64,000 bases of DNA. Source: an uncultured Alphaproteobacteria bacterium (GTDB taxonomy: Bacteria > Pseudomonadota > Alphaproteobacteria > UBA11222). Shown one piece after another: positions 1 through 10,010 of the stretch. The notes beneath the pieces were generated by a model. It made no database searches. It saw only the letters and a list, made by a program, of their open reading frames with translations, and was not told where the DNA came from. Where the stretch lies: assembly GCA_947258435.1 (NCBI GenBank), contig CAMYID010000011.1, positions 10,833 through 74,832 on the forward strand, read 5' to 3'. The stretch's first letter is position 1; every line of letters begins with the position of its first letter. Made by a program: the position numbers and the translations under genes.

Positions 1-461
1 TCCACTTTAAATGTCTCCGGATCGATCTGGGCAAGCAGATCGAAATCGATAAAGCTGTCATTTAACGGCGTAACGAGCGTATCGGCATAGCTGTGCGCCG
101 CACGGGACAGGGCGCTGTCGCTGCCGGGACAGTCGACAACGACAAATTCATGCTTCTGGCTGAATTCGGCGATGGCGGCTGCGAGCCGTGTTTCCTCATC
201 CTGCTTGCGCGCTGTGACCGATTCACGGTCGCTGAGTTTAATGAGCCGATGCGTGCTGTGCGGGATTTCAAGCTCTTTCATTTCCGCCCAGTGCCGCCGG
301 TTTTCGACATAGCGCGTCAGGCTGCGCTGCCGGGGGTCCAGATCGATTGTCGCAACCTTGTGCCCCGCCCGCATGATCGCCACAGCAATGTGCATGGCGG
401 TCGTTGTCTTGCCCGATCCGCCTTTTTCGTTACCCACTACCAGAATATGCGTCCCACCCAT
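1..461 (-). CDS. mipZ: MipZ/ParA-family P-loop ATPase, 3' end runs off window. Begins MGGTHILVVGNEKGGSGKTTTAMHIAVAI..IDLDPRQRS..ENRRHW.
   Basis: Reverse-complement translation from the ATG at 461 gives a deviant Walker A (KGGSGKTT) and a ParA-like N-terminus closely resembling Caulobacter MipZ. The ORF is open to position 1. Confidence 0.6.
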   Translation of the reverse strand, partial: MGGTHILVVGNEKGGSGKTTTAMHIAVAIMRAGHKVATIDLDPRQRSLTRYVENRRHWAEMKELEIPHSTHRLIKLSDRESVTARKQDEETRLAAAIAEFSQKHEFVVVDCPGSDSALSRAAHSYADTLVTPLNDSFIDFDLLAQIDPETFKV

Positions 462-632
462 AACCACCATGGCCCCAACCTCAAGAACATCCTGCGATGG
501 CGCATCGTTGCGCCGGAAATTTATCCGTCCGTCCTTAGGCTATTCACGCAGGCGCGTCACCAATCACATTGTCGCCTGCTACCAGTTCGGATAGGTTGCC
601 CCTATTAAAGGTGCTTCCGAAGGTAAAGTTTT

Positions 633-1463
633 ATGACTCTGCGCCGCCTGGCCATAACTGTTTTTACAGCACTAAGTTGCTGTTTGCCGCTGACCGCCCG
701 CCCGGCGCAGGCAATTGAGATGGAAACAGCCTTGCAGGGCGCAGTCTCAGTTCTGCCCGGCGGCGAGCGTGACCTTGAAATCAATCTTGGCCTTGGTCTG
801 TTTCAGCGACCAGAATTTCTAGGCGCGGAAGACTACAAGACTTCTGTCCTGCCGCTTGTCGATATCGAATATCGCGGTCGCCTGTTTGCCAGTACCCAAC
901 GTGGCGCCGGCCTGTTTCTGTTCGACACCGGCAATTTCCGGATCGGCCCGCGGGTAACTTTCGATGAAGGGCGCGATTCAGACGATTACGACCTGATCCG
1001 CACGCTGGCCGATATCGACCCGAGCGCGGAACTGGGTATCTATTTCGAAAGCTATCTGGGCTGGCTGCGCGTGAAGGGCGATATCCGCAAAGGAGTGGGC
1101 GGCGGTCATCAGGGGGCATTGGCCCGGCTGGATGTGGCGACCGCCATCCGCGCAGGTGCGCGCGATACCCTGTTTCTCGGCGCCAATATTACCGCCGCAG
1201 ACGAGAGCTATATGGACGCCTATTTCGGTGTACCGGCGGCGCGCGCCACAGCACAGCTTCCCACATTCAGCGCAAAGGCCGGCCCGCGTGACGCCAATGT
1301 TTACGCAAGCTTCGTGCACAGCTTCCGGGAGGGCTGGTATCTGTCGGTGGACGGCGGGGCGGGACGCCTGCTCGGTGATGCGGAAACAAGCCCGGTCGCC
1401 GGCACGCTGGATCAGGTGCTGACGCAATTCTACCTTGGTACCGTGATCGGCTATCGTTTCTAG
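633..1463 (+). CDS. MipA/OmpV-family outer-membrane protein (MltA-interacting scaffold family)
   Basis: N-terminal signal peptide (LSCCLPLTARPAQA). About 250 aa of Gly/aromatic-rich beta-strand-like sequence. C-terminal ...GYRF typical of OM beta-barrels. Confidence 0.5.
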   Translation: MTLRRLAITVFTALSCCLPLTARPAQAIEMETALQGAVSVLPGGERDLEINLGLGLFQRPEFLGAEDYKTSVLPLVDIEYRGRLFASTQRGAGLFLFDTGNFRIGPRVTFDEGRDSDDYDLIRTLADIDPSAELGIYFESYLGWLRVKGDIRKGVGGGHQGALARLDVATAIRAGARDTLFLGANITAADESYMDAYFGVPAARATAQLPTFSAKAGPRDANVYASFVHSFREGWYLSVDGGAGRLLGDAETSPVAGTLDQVLTQFYLGTVIGYRF

Positions 1464-1566
1464 TTGATGGCGCGCTGCGGGATATAAGACTTTCGCGCGG
1501 CCCCTGATAGGCGCTACCATCCCCCGATAAACATAATCGGGAAAATATATCAGGGGAGGAACAGTA

Positions 1567-2382
1567 ATGAGTGACGGATCCCATGCAGCGCGGCGCGCAC
1601 GCGGCCTTGACGTACTGACCACACTGAGTGGGCGCGACGATGCCGAAGCGCAGGCCCAACGACTCGAAGATACCAATGGCGCGCTTGGTTCATTTGTCGT
1701 CGACTATGCGCTGGGCGATCTTTGGAGCCGACCAGGTCTGAGCCGGCGCGATCGCAGCTTTGTTGTGATTTCGGTGCTGGCCGCCCTTAACCAGACCAAT
1801 CAGTTGAAAATGCACGTACGCGGCGCCATCAACCATGGCATGACGCCCGAAGAAGTTCGCGAAGTCATGACTCATATGTGTGGCTATGCAGGGTTTCCGC
1901 GCGCCCTCGATGCGATGCGGGTGACCAATGAGGTCCTTGAGAAGATGGGCCATGCGCCCGCGGACGGAAAACTGCCACCTGCCGAACGGCTCAGTGATGC
2001 GGAGCGCTGGAAGCGCGGCGCCGAAGGGCTAAGCATCATCACCGGCCGGCCGATCCCCATCGAACGCCCCACCGATGACAGCAAGGGGGCGGTCGGGCTG
2101 GGCCCGCTCGGTGCCGCAGCGGTTGATTTCTGCTTTGGCGATATCTGGGCGCGTTCACAACTGCCCCGTCGCGATCGCAGCCTGCTTGTCGTATCGGTGC
2201 TCGCAGCGCTTGGCCGGCAGGATGAACTGGAAATCCATGTCCCCGCCGCCATCACGAATGGCGTGACGGTCGCCGAGCTTGAAGAGATGATCCTGATGTA
2301 TTCAGCCTATGCCGGTTTCCCCTTTGCGGTGGAGTGCCGCAATGTACTTGCGCGCCATCTCAAAGCGCAGGAAAACAGCTGA
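1567..2382 (+). CDS. Carboxymuconolactone decarboxylase (CMD/AhpD-like) family protein with two tandem CMD domains
   Basis: GGAGG RBS 8 nt upstream. Internal duplication is visible: GDLWSRPGLSRRDRSFVVISVLAALNQ...YAGFPRALDAM versus GDIWARSQLPRRDRSLLVVSVLAALGR...YAGFPFAVEC. Confidence 0.7.
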   Translation: MSDGSHAARRARGLDVLTTLSGRDDAEAQAQRLEDTNGALGSFVVDYALGDLWSRPGLSRRDRSFVVISVLAALNQTNQLKMHVRGAINHGMTPEEVREVMTHMCGYAGFPRALDAMRVTNEVLEKMGHAPADGKLPPAERLSDAERWKRGAEGLSIITGRPIPIERPTDDSKGAVGLGPLGAAAVDFCFGDIWARSQLPRRDRSLLVVSVLAALGRQDELEIHVPAAITNGVTVAELEEMILMYSAYAGFPFAVECRNVLARHLKAQENS

Positions 2383-2408
2383 CCCCAGACCGGTCAGGCG
2401 AATAAAAA

Positions 2409-2434
2409 GGGGCGACAACGCTGTCGCCCCCCCC
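2409..2434 (-). terminator. Rho-independent terminator for the minus-strand gene ending at 2462
   Basis: GC hairpin GGGGCGACA-ACG-CTGTCGCCCC followed, in the minus-strand direction, by TTTTTATT. It sits between convergent genes. Confidence 0.6.
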
Positions 2435-2461
2435 AATCTGCGCAACCGCGTGCAGCCCGGA

Positions 2462-3391
2462 TTATTCTCCGAACATGCCCTTGATATTGTCGAGTGACTT
2501 TTTCGCCTCATCACCTGCATCTTCAAGTTTCCGCATCGTGCCATCGGGCCCGTTCTGCAGCATTTCCTGCATCTGGCCTGCTTCGGCGGGCAGCTTGTCC
2601 TGCAAGGCTTTCTGCAGGTCCTGCGCAAGCTTGCCGCCATCGGCAGTTATGCCCTTCTGCATCAGTGCTGCAAACTCTCCTGCCTGATCGCCCAGCATAC
2701 TGACAAGTTCCGCGGGGTCGATATTGCCTGCCGCCTTGATGATTTCGGGCTTCAGCTCTTCAAGAATCTTGTCGACGAGTTCGGCGCCGGTAAGGCCTTC
2801 GCGGCCTTTGCCGAGATCACGCAGATGCAGATCCGGAAGCGGTACGGAGATTTTCTTGCCCGGAACCGTCGTCGTGCTGACATTCACCGAAGCGTCGCGG
2901 AAATAGAGATGATTGACCATGAGCTTCACGGTCTGCTCATCAGCGGTCGCACCGGCCTGGCTTTCTTCGGCCGGAGTCGCAACCCCGCTTTCGGCAAGAT
3001 AGCGATCGACATTCTGCTGCAGGGCGGCAATATTGCTGCCCTCACGGCCAAGCTCATACCAGATCACCGGGCCATTAATCTCGAATCTGTCGATCACGAC
3101 CTGTTCGGTGCTCAATTTGTCCGTATTCAATGCAAGCGCAATCCTGTCGAGCCGGAAAGTATTGTCGGCGGAAAATCCAGCCGGTGTTCCAATGACGAAT
3201 CCGTCGATTGCAGCCTTGCCAGCGGTGATATCCACTTCCACCGCATCGACTTCGACATCGGTCGCGGTGATATCCGATCCATAGCGTTCAATCGCGGCTT
3301 CGATAGCACTGCCAAGCTGTGTATAGCTGTAATACAGCACGGCACCCACCACGACGATCAATACAACCAAGACCCAAAGCAGCTTTTTCAT
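2462..3391 (-). CDS. Membrane-anchored hypothetical protein (single N-terminal TM helix, acidic/low-complexity C-terminus)
   Basis: Start taken at MKKLLWVLVVLIVVVGAVLYY (hydrophobic anchor). No recognisable catalytic motif. Confidence 0.45.
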   Translation of the reverse strand: MKKLLWVLVVLIVVVGAVLYYSYTQLGSAIEAAIERYGSDITATDVEVDAVEVDITAGKAAIDGFVIGTPAGFSADNTFRLDRIALALNTDKLSTEQVVIDRFEINGPVIWYELGREGSNIAALQQNVDRYLAESGVATPAEESQAGATADEQTVKLMVNHLYFRDASVNVSTTTVPGKKISVPLPDLHLRDLGKGREGLTGAELVDKILEELKPEIIKAAGNIDPAELVSMLGDQAGEFAALMQKGITADGGKLAQDLQKALQDKLPAEAGQMQEMLQNGPDGTMRKLEDAGDEAKKSLDNIKGMFGE

Positions 3392-3527
3392 CAAAATTCC
3401 TTCCTTAAACTGGTGCCATCGCCCCCATGGCGTCACCCATTAAAACAAATCCATGTTCTCAAAATATGGCAAGAATGCGGGGCGATCCGCCCCGCACCTG
3501 TTTTTTTGCTTCGGCAGCGCCTGTCGG

Positions 3528-4625
3528 CTATTCCGCAGCCTGGGCCAGTTCCATCAAAGGCGCGCCGGGCAATTTCTTGACCTCGGGCATTACCTCTTTT
3601 GCAAACAGGCGCATGCTTTTTTCTGCATCTTCGTAAGGCATGCCCGCATAGCTGAACACCGCGTTATAGGCACCCGAGCCTGTGCGCGATGTAAAATCGA
3701 CAATCCGTTTATAGCATTGCTCGGGCGTGCCCCAGACCTGAATGCTCATAAAGAACTCGATCATCGCATTGACGTTCTGGTTCGCCATATCCTGCATGGC
3801 GACGTAACTTTCATAGCCCTTCGTGTTCTTCAGATGGTCACCCTGCATCTCATAATGATCGACGACGGTCTGGTAATAGCCGCCGATATATTTCAGCGCC
3901 ATCTCCTCGGCACGGCCGGCATCCTCGTCACAATAGGTCCAGCCGCCCAGGATCGGCGCCGGGGCTTCCGTCCCGTTCACTTCCCGATAAATCGCGCGGT
4001 AATCGGTAAGTTCGCGTTCCACATGCTCCCAGGGCTTTTGCGGGATGATCAGAATCCCGACCCCGAGTCGCGCCATGATTTTTGACGATTCAGGGGATAC
4101 GGCGGCGGCATAGGTGCGCCCCTTGAAGCTCTTGAACGGACGTGGGCGGATCTCACGCCGCAGCTGCTTGACCAGTCGCCCGTCATATTCGCAAAAGCCG
4201 GTCTCAAGTCCCTCGAGAATCATTTCCGCGGATTCGGTGAAATATTCGCGGCTGTCATTCATGTCGCGGCCAAAACCGTCAAATTCCACCCGGCCAAGTC
4301 CGCGGCCGATCCCCAGGATCATCCGCCCGTTCGACATATTGTCGAGCATGGAAATCTCTTCCGCCACCCGTATCGGATCGTGCCAGGGCAGAACGATAAC
4401 CATCGAACCGAGCAGCAGCTTGTCGCTTTTCGCGGCGAAGTAACTCAGAAACTGAGTCACGTCGGGACACATGGTATAATCCGTAAAGTGGTGTTCCACA
4501 CTCCAGATCGACTGAAAACCAAGCTCTTCGGCCATCATCCCGAGCCGAAGCTCATTCTGATACACATATTGATCGGATTTCGACTGGTCGGTGCCCTGAA
4601 ACACCAATGCGAGGCCCACATCCAT
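3528..4625 (-). CDS. LLM-class (luciferase-like) flavin-dependent monooxygenase
   Basis: 365 aa, MDVGLALVFQG... with typical LLM TIM-barrel blocks (SIWSVEHHF, ISMLDNMSNGRMILGIGRG). Confidence 0.75.
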   Translation of the reverse strand: MDVGLALVFQGTDQSKSDQYVYQNELRLGMMAEELGFQSIWSVEHHFTDYTMCPDVTQFLSYFAAKSDKLLLGSMVIVLPWHDPIRVAEEISMLDNMSNGRMILGIGRGLGRVEFDGFGRDMNDSREYFTESAEMILEGLETGFCEYDGRLVKQLRREIRPRPFKSFKGRTYAAAVSPESSKIMARLGVGILIIPQKPWEHVERELTDYRAIYREVNGTEAPAPILGGWTYCDEDAGRAEEMALKYIGGYYQTVVDHYEMQGDHLKNTKGYESYVAMQDMANQNVNAMIEFFMSIQVWGTPEQCYKRIVDFTSRTGSGAYNAVFSYAGMPYEDAEKSMRLFAKEVMPEVKKLPGAPLMELAQAAE

Positions 4626-4815
4626 CTTGCTACTCCCTTCCCTTTTTTGGTTATGCGCGAAATTGGACCATAGGGTTGCGGCAATTGCCAGGGGTTTTGC
4701 CCGGTCAGACGAACTATGGAGGGCCCGAACGATTTCAGCCCGACGGGGACAGGCCGGGCTGATCGATCTGGTTTATTCTGTGTCCGTACAGGTCAGCGGG
4801 GTTTTGTCAGCCCCC

Positions 4816-6108
4816 TCACTCTGCCGCCCGGGTCGGGTCGTCGCGCACAATGCTGATCCCCGAACCTGAGCGTTGCTCGGGCTCGGTCTGCGCTGCGCCG
4901 CCGCCCTCATCGGTGATCTGCCGACCAAGCGCGATGACATTGGGAATTTCCTCGTCAGTCAGCGCCTTCATGAATTGCTTGCGCGCCAAAGCCTTCTCGA
5001 TATAGGGGGCAAGCTCTTCATTCTTTTTCTTCTCCCGCTCCGCCTCGAACTCGCTGAACTCGGGTTTTACCTCGCGGGCGAACAGTTCCAGCGCCTCGCA
5101 AATATGTTCATGCCTGTTCTTGCCGCCCTGCTGTATGAAGGCGACCTGATCGACGCCGGCATCCTGGAAACCGCGCAGATGATTGCGCAACTGATCGGGT
5201 GTGCCGATACCACGCGCTTCACCTTCTTCGGGCAATGCACTGCGCGCCTGCTCGAAATTTTTCCAGATATCGGTCCGGCCGGGCTTATGCTCACCGAAAA
5301 TATAGTGATGGCCCAGCGCATAACCGAAGAATCGGAAGCCGTCCATGCCCCGGTCTTTTGCAACCTGTGCGTCCGGATGGACCGAAAACCCAGTCACCAT
5401 CGCGATATTGGCATTCACCGTATGGCCGATCGGCACGCATTCTTCAGACTTGATAATGGCATAGTAGTCATCCACCCATTTTTTTGCTTCCTCGGGGTCG
5501 ACGAAGGCAAAAGTCAGCGCGCCAATACCGCACCGTGCGGCAAGTTTGATTGTTTCGCGGTTGGAACAGGCAACCCAGATCGGCGGATGCGGACGCTGTA
5601 CCGGCTTGGGCACGATGTTGCGCGTCGGCATCTCAAAAAATTCGCCCTTGAAGCCGGGATAAGGGTCCATGACCATCATATTGGCGCATTGTTCGACGCA
5701 TTCGCGCCAGGCAGCCCGCTTGCGCGCCACATCGACATTATAGCCGCCAAGCTCAAGCAATGCGGAGGATTCGCCGGTTCCCCACTCAACCCGGCCATTT
5801 GACACCAGGTCAAGCGTGGCAATCCGTTCGGCCACCCGCGCGGGATGATTATAGCCGGGCGGCATCAGGACAATGCCATGCCCCAACCGGATATTTTTCG
5901 TCCGCTGCGAACAGGCGGCAAGAAACACCTCAGGTGCGGAAGAATGTGAATATTCCTCCAGAAAATGATGCTCGACCTCCCAGGCGAATTCGATCCCCAG
6001 ATTGTCGGCAAGCTCCACCTGCTTAAGCGCGTCCTGAAACAGTTGCTGTTCAAGTCCCTCCGTCCACGGACGCGGTAACTGATGCTCATAGAAAGTTCCG
6101 AACTTCAT
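4816..6108 (-). CDS. LLM-class flavin-dependent oxidoreductase (430 aa)
   Basis: MKFGTFYEHQLPRP...AWEVEHHF...IATLDLVSNGRVEWGTGES, a luciferase-like monooxygenase signature. Confidence 0.75.
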   Translation of the reverse strand: MKFGTFYEHQLPRPWTEGLEQQLFQDALKQVELADNLGIEFAWEVEHHFLEEYSHSSAPEVFLAACSQRTKNIRLGHGIVLMPPGYNHPARVAERIATLDLVSNGRVEWGTGESSALLELGGYNVDVARKRAAWRECVEQCANMMVMDPYPGFKGEFFEMPTRNIVPKPVQRPHPPIWVACSNRETIKLAARCGIGALTFAFVDPEEAKKWVDDYYAIIKSEECVPIGHTVNANIAMVTGFSVHPDAQVAKDRGMDGFRFFGYALGHHYIFGEHKPGRTDIWKNFEQARSALPEEGEARGIGTPDQLRNHLRGFQDAGVDQVAFIQQGGKNRHEHICEALELFAREVKPEFSEFEAEREKKKNEELAPYIEKALARKQFMKALTDEEIPNVIALGRQITDEGGGAAQTEPEQRSGSGISIVRDDPTRAAE

Positions 6109-6239
6109 CGCTTAATCGCTCCCTGTTACGTCATCATGCCCATTCACAATAGAAAGCGAGAGTTGTTTCCCCCGTCATATCAGATCTTCAAATTTGCGGC
6201 ACCGGCACCCGGCACCCGGCTCAGCGGGCCGGGCCGCCG

Positions 6240-7106
6240 CTATTTTCCCTGAAGCGCCTTGCTTGCGACAAGTTTGTCAAAACCATCAAGGATTGCGTTA
6301 TACCGCATCTCGACAACCGCACGCATATTGGGATCGGTGAAGATATAGGGCCAGTCGCCTTCCACCCCTTCGCGCACAAGTTCGCCTACAATGCGCGGAT
6401 CGAGACCGCCCTTGATGCCCTGAAGCATCATTTCCTGACGTGCGGCATCTGAATCGTTTTTCGGCGCAACCGGCTCAATCGGACCGCCGAACCGGTCCGG
6501 CCGGTTTCGGCCCGCATTGGTGATGTTTGTATTTACAAAACCGGGACACAGGACCGATGCGCTGATATTGGTTTTTTCAAGCTCCCCTCGCAGCACATCG
6601 CTGATGCCAACGGCTGCAAACTTTGTCGCTGTATAAGGGCCGCCTGTCGCACCCGCCGCGATAATTCCGGCCATGGAGGCAGTGGTCACAAAATGCCCGC
6701 CTTCGCCATGCGCCTTGATATGCGGCAAAAAAGCCTGAATGGCATAAACGATTGCCATCTGGTTGACGCCAACAACCCAGTCCCAATCGGATTGGGGAAT
6801 CTTTTCGATCGGCCCGCCGGCACCAATCCCGGCATTGTTGCAAACGATGTGAATCTTGCCAAACTCATCGAATGCCTTTTGCGCCGCCTCAAAAACCGTC
6901 TCGCGCATCGACACATCGCATAACACACCCGCAACGCGGACATTCGATTCGTCAGCCAGCGACGCAACGGCCTTATCAAGCGCCCCCTGCTCGATATCCG
7001 CGATCATGACATTCATGCCCTGGGCCGCGAATGCCTGGCCCATACCATAGCCAATGCCACTCGCACCGCCCGTTATGAAAGCGGTCTTTCCTGCCAGATC
7101 TTTCAT
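6240..7106 (-). CDS. SDR-family short-chain dehydrogenase/reductase
   Basis: TGGASGIG Rossmann motif, NNAG motif, and catalytic Y-x3-K (YTATK). Confidence 0.85.
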   Translation of the reverse strand: MKDLAGKTAFITGGASGIGYGMGQAFAAQGMNVMIADIEQGALDKAVASLADESNVRVAGVLCDVSMRETVFEAAQKAFDEFGKIHIVCNNAGIGAGGPIEKIPQSDWDWVVGVNQMAIVYAIQAFLPHIKAHGEGGHFVTTASMAGIIAAGATGGPYTATKFAAVGISDVLRGELEKTNISASVLCPGFVNTNITNAGRNRPDRFGGPIEPVAPKNDSDAARQEMMLQGIKGGLDPRIVGELVREGVEGDWPYIFTDPNMRAVVEMRYNAILDGFDKLVASKALQGK

Positions 7107-7112
7107 CCGGAA

Positions 7113-8147
7113 CTACTCCGCCGCCATCCGGCGCTGCTCCAGCGCCTCAAATTCAGCAAACAGCTTTTCGCCCTCAGGCGCAGCCAAAATCTGCTCACGC
7201 AGTGTATCGCGGGTCTGTTCGCGGTTCGCTTCAAAAGCGGTGGTCACATGCCATTCGATCATCGGCGCCCAGAGCGGATCGAACAGATCCTTGCCCGCGA
7301 TGGTGCCGCCATCGACGGTCTTGATCGTCAGCCCACGGAACTCGGACAACATCACCCTAAGGCTCGCCACATGGATATTCTCATCCTGGCGAATGCGGTC
7401 GATCAGCTCTGCCGCGAGTTTCACCCCTTCCGGGTTATTCTGAAAGGTATCGGTTGCACTGACGACGCTTTCATAGAAGCGGAAAGTCGCCTCCGCACGC
7501 ACCTCGATCATTGTGAGATTCATCAGCAGCAGAAGATATTCTTCATGCGCCTGCGGGATCTGCGGCATCAACCGCCCCTGTTCGGGCCGGCCGATCCGTT
7601 CGGGCGGCTCAGGCAGAGGGAACGCCCCTTCCCCGAACAATGCATCGCGCACGGCGAACCACATTTCATCATGCGCCCCGATATCGGTTGCCGGGTTACC
7701 CCCTTCATCCCAGCCATGCGCCACAAGCAGCCCCTTATTGAGATGCCCCAGACACATCTCACTGATATCCTCGACAATGATCTCCTGGAAATCCGGTGCC
7801 GGAAAATCAGCAAGCAGCTTGCCACGCCCTTCGATAATGCCGGCAATCGTCAGTGAGTTCCACAATGTCTGCGCGAAGCCATTACGCAAGAGAAATCGCT
7901 GCTGGTCCGTACTCGGATAATTTCCCATCTTGAGCAAATCCGGGCTGCAATCGATAAGCGGCAGACCCTTGCGCTCCACCTCCGCCTGCCAGGCATGGAT
8001 AGCGGGCCAGCGGTGGAGCGAACGGGGCGGCGTATAAACGCCCTCGGCATCAAAACCGCCATGTAGTTTATGCCCCGCGGCCTCATGAAACTGCGCAAAG
8101 GGATGACTGGCCATGAGTTCATCGGAGGAATAGACAAGCTTTAACAT
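7113..8147 (-). CDS. Uncharacterised 344-aa protein, paralog A of a tandem pair. Family not recognised. Conserved His and acidic residues suggest a metalloenzyme.
   Basis: Shares about 45% identity with the next gene over its full length. Blocks include LHGGFDA, GIIEGRGK, VEDISE..GHLNKGL, DIGAHDEMWF, EVRAE and RIRQDE.IHV. Confidence 0.5.
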   Translation of the reverse strand: MLKLVYSSDELMASHPFAQFHEAAGHKLHGGFDAEGVYTPPRSLHRWPAIHAWQAEVERKGLPLIDCSPDLLKMGNYPSTDQQRFLLRNGFAQTLWNSLTIAGIIEGRGKLLADFPAPDFQEIIVEDISEMCLGHLNKGLLVAHGWDEGGNPATDIGAHDEMWFAVRDALFGEGAFPLPEPPERIGRPEQGRLMPQIPQAHEEYLLLLMNLTMIEVRAEATFRFYESVVSATDTFQNNPEGVKLAAELIDRIRQDENIHVASLRVMLSEFRGLTIKTVDGGTIAGKDLFDPLWAPMIEWHVTTAFEANREQTRDTLREQILAAPEGEKLFAEFEALEQRRMAAE

Positions 8148-8216
8148 CTTACAGTCCTGCGGTTTACAAATCGAAGTTGGTGTTTCTGTCTGAACGGCTT
8201 TGGAGAGCGTCGGCGG

Positions 8217-9254
8217 CTATTCTGCCGCTGCGGCAAGCGGTGTCTCCAGCCGATCGAATTCAGCAATCAGCTTGTCTGAATCCGGCAGTTTTTCAAGCTG
8301 TCTTACGATGCTGCCGCGGGTTTGTTCGCGCGCCGTGTCATAGACCGTAGTCGAATGATAGCCGACCATCCCCTCCCATACGGGATCAAGCAGATCGCTG
8401 CCTTTGATCGTGCCGCCATCGACTGTTTTGAAGGTCAGGGTCCGCATCTCGGACAGCACCGCCTGCAAATAGCCGACATGGATCGCTTCATCCTGCCGGA
8501 TGCGTTCGACCATCTGTGCGGCCTGTTCGGCAACATCGCGGCGGTCGGTGAACATTTCAGGGTCGCGGAACAGCTCACAGCAGAAGGAGAACATTTTCTC
8601 TGCACGCACCTCGACCATCAGGATATTCATATAGATGAGCAGAAATTCCTCGAGCGTCTGCGGGATCTGCGGGAACAGCCGGCCCATCTCGGGCCGCCCG
8701 ATTTCCTCAGGTGCGGTCGGTACGGCATAGGCATCCTTGCCGAACAAAAGATCGCGGACGACAAACCACATCTCATCATGGGCACCGATATCACTGCCAT
8801 CCATGCCGCCTTCATCACGCCCATGTGCATGATGCAACCCCTTGTTCAGATGCCCGATAGCGAGTTCGGAGATATCCTCAACAAAGAATTCCTGAAAGTC
8901 GGGGCCGACAACATCGCTGAAAACCTTGCCGCGGCCTTCGATAATTCCGGTCAGTGTCAGCGAATCCCACAGGGTCTTGCCAAGACCATGCCGCAGCAGA
9001 AACTTCTGCTGCGCATGATTGGGGTAATTATCCCGTTTCAGCAGTTTCTGGCTGGCATCGATCAGCTTGCCGCCCCTGGCTTCAAGATTTTCCGCCCACT
9101 GCGCGACCGCAGGACCGCGATGCAGCATGCGCGGGGAGATGTAATTGCCCGCCGCGTCGAATCCGCCATGCAGCCGCTTGCCCATCACCTCATGGGGTTG
9201 CGCATAATCATGTTCGGCCATGATCTCGTCATAGCTGTAAACATTCTTTGCCAT
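8217..9254 (-). CDS. Uncharacterised 346-aa protein, paralog B of the tandem pair
   Basis: Start taken at MAKNVYSYDE, with an in-frame upstream extension possible. Same conserved blocks as 7113-8147. Confidence 0.5.
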   Translation of the reverse strand: MAKNVYSYDEIMAEHDYAQPHEVMGKRLHGGFDAAGNYISPRMLHRGPAVAQWAENLEARGGKLIDASQKLLKRDNYPNHAQQKFLLRHGLGKTLWDSLTLTGIIEGRGKVFSDVVGPDFQEFFVEDISELAIGHLNKGLHHAHGRDEGGMDGSDIGAHDEMWFVVRDLLFGKDAYAVPTAPEEIGRPEMGRLFPQIPQTLEEFLLIYMNILMVEVRAEKMFSFCCELFRDPEMFTDRRDVAEQAAQMVERIRQDEAIHVGYLQAVLSEMRTLTFKTVDGGTIKGSDLLDPVWEGMVGYHSTTVYDTAREQTRGSIVRQLEKLPDSDKLIAEFDRLETPLAAAAE

Positions 9255-9277
9255 TGTCAGCCTTTCCACCCTTGGTT

Positions 9278-9988
9278 CTACGGATCTTCCACCTTTATGA
9301 CGCCATCCGCATCGGGCCCGTTGACGATCCGCGCCTTGCCGTCGCAATCGGGCGCCGCCAACGCACGGACGACAAATTGCGTTACATTCCGCAGATAATG
9401 TTCCTTATCTTCCTGACTGCCATTGACCGGCATGGTGACCACGCTTGTGATCATCAGGATGACGCGCCCGATAATTTCCGGATCATAATCAGCCCAGGCC
9501 ATGCCGCTGCGCTGCGCATTACGGACTGCGACCGCCCAGGCCTTTGCCCATTCGTCGACAATCGATTCCGAGGAACCGCCATCTTCGCGGCTCATCAGCT
9601 GATGCCCCGCCCAGGCGGCGCGCAAAACACCGGGATTGGATTCGGAATATTCCATTGCGACTTTCAGCGCCGCGTAAACCCGCTCCGCACCATTGCGGCA
9701 TTTCGCAAGTTCAGGCTGCACCAGCGCCTGGATTTCTCCATGGGTCTGCGACACAAATGCCTGAAAACATTCCCGTTTATCTGCAAAATAGAGATAAAAA
9801 GTGCCATAGCCGACCCCTGCCTCGCGGGAGATATCCTGCGGACGGGTTTCATGATAGCCATGTTCGACAAACAGCTTGCGCGCGGCTGTCATCAAGCGTT
9901 CGCGGCTTTCCGCCTTTCGCCGCTCGCGCTTTGACAAGCCGTCTTTCGCCGCTGATTCGACGTGATTTATGTCATTGGTAACAGACAT
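9278..9988 (-). CDS. TetR/AcrR-family transcriptional regulator
   Basis: N-terminal HTH RERLMTAARKLFVEHGYHETRPQDISREAGVGYGTFYLYFADKRECF. AAGGAG RBS upstream of MSVTND. The upstream MTICQ start would swallow the RBS. Confidence 0.8.
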   Translation of the reverse strand: MSVTNDINHVESAAKDGLSKRERRKAESRERLMTAARKLFVEHGYHETRPQDISREAGVGYGTFYLYFADKRECFQAFVSQTHGEIQALVQPELAKCRNGAERVYAALKVAMEYSESNPGVLRAAWAGHQLMSREDGGSSESIVDEWAKAWAVAVRNAQRSGMAWADYDPEIIGRVILMITSVVTMPVNGSQEDKEHYLRNVTQFVVRALAAPDCDGKARIVNGPDADGVIKVEDP

Positions 9989-10010
9989 GTCAGTTATTCT
10001 CCTTTGAGCC

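Noticed and set aside
9248-9934. 228-aa plus-strand ORF
   Set aside because: It lies antisense to the TetR gene and the end of paralog B. Its translation is low-complexity (Pro/Arg/Ala-rich), as expected for a spurious ORF in a high-GC genome.
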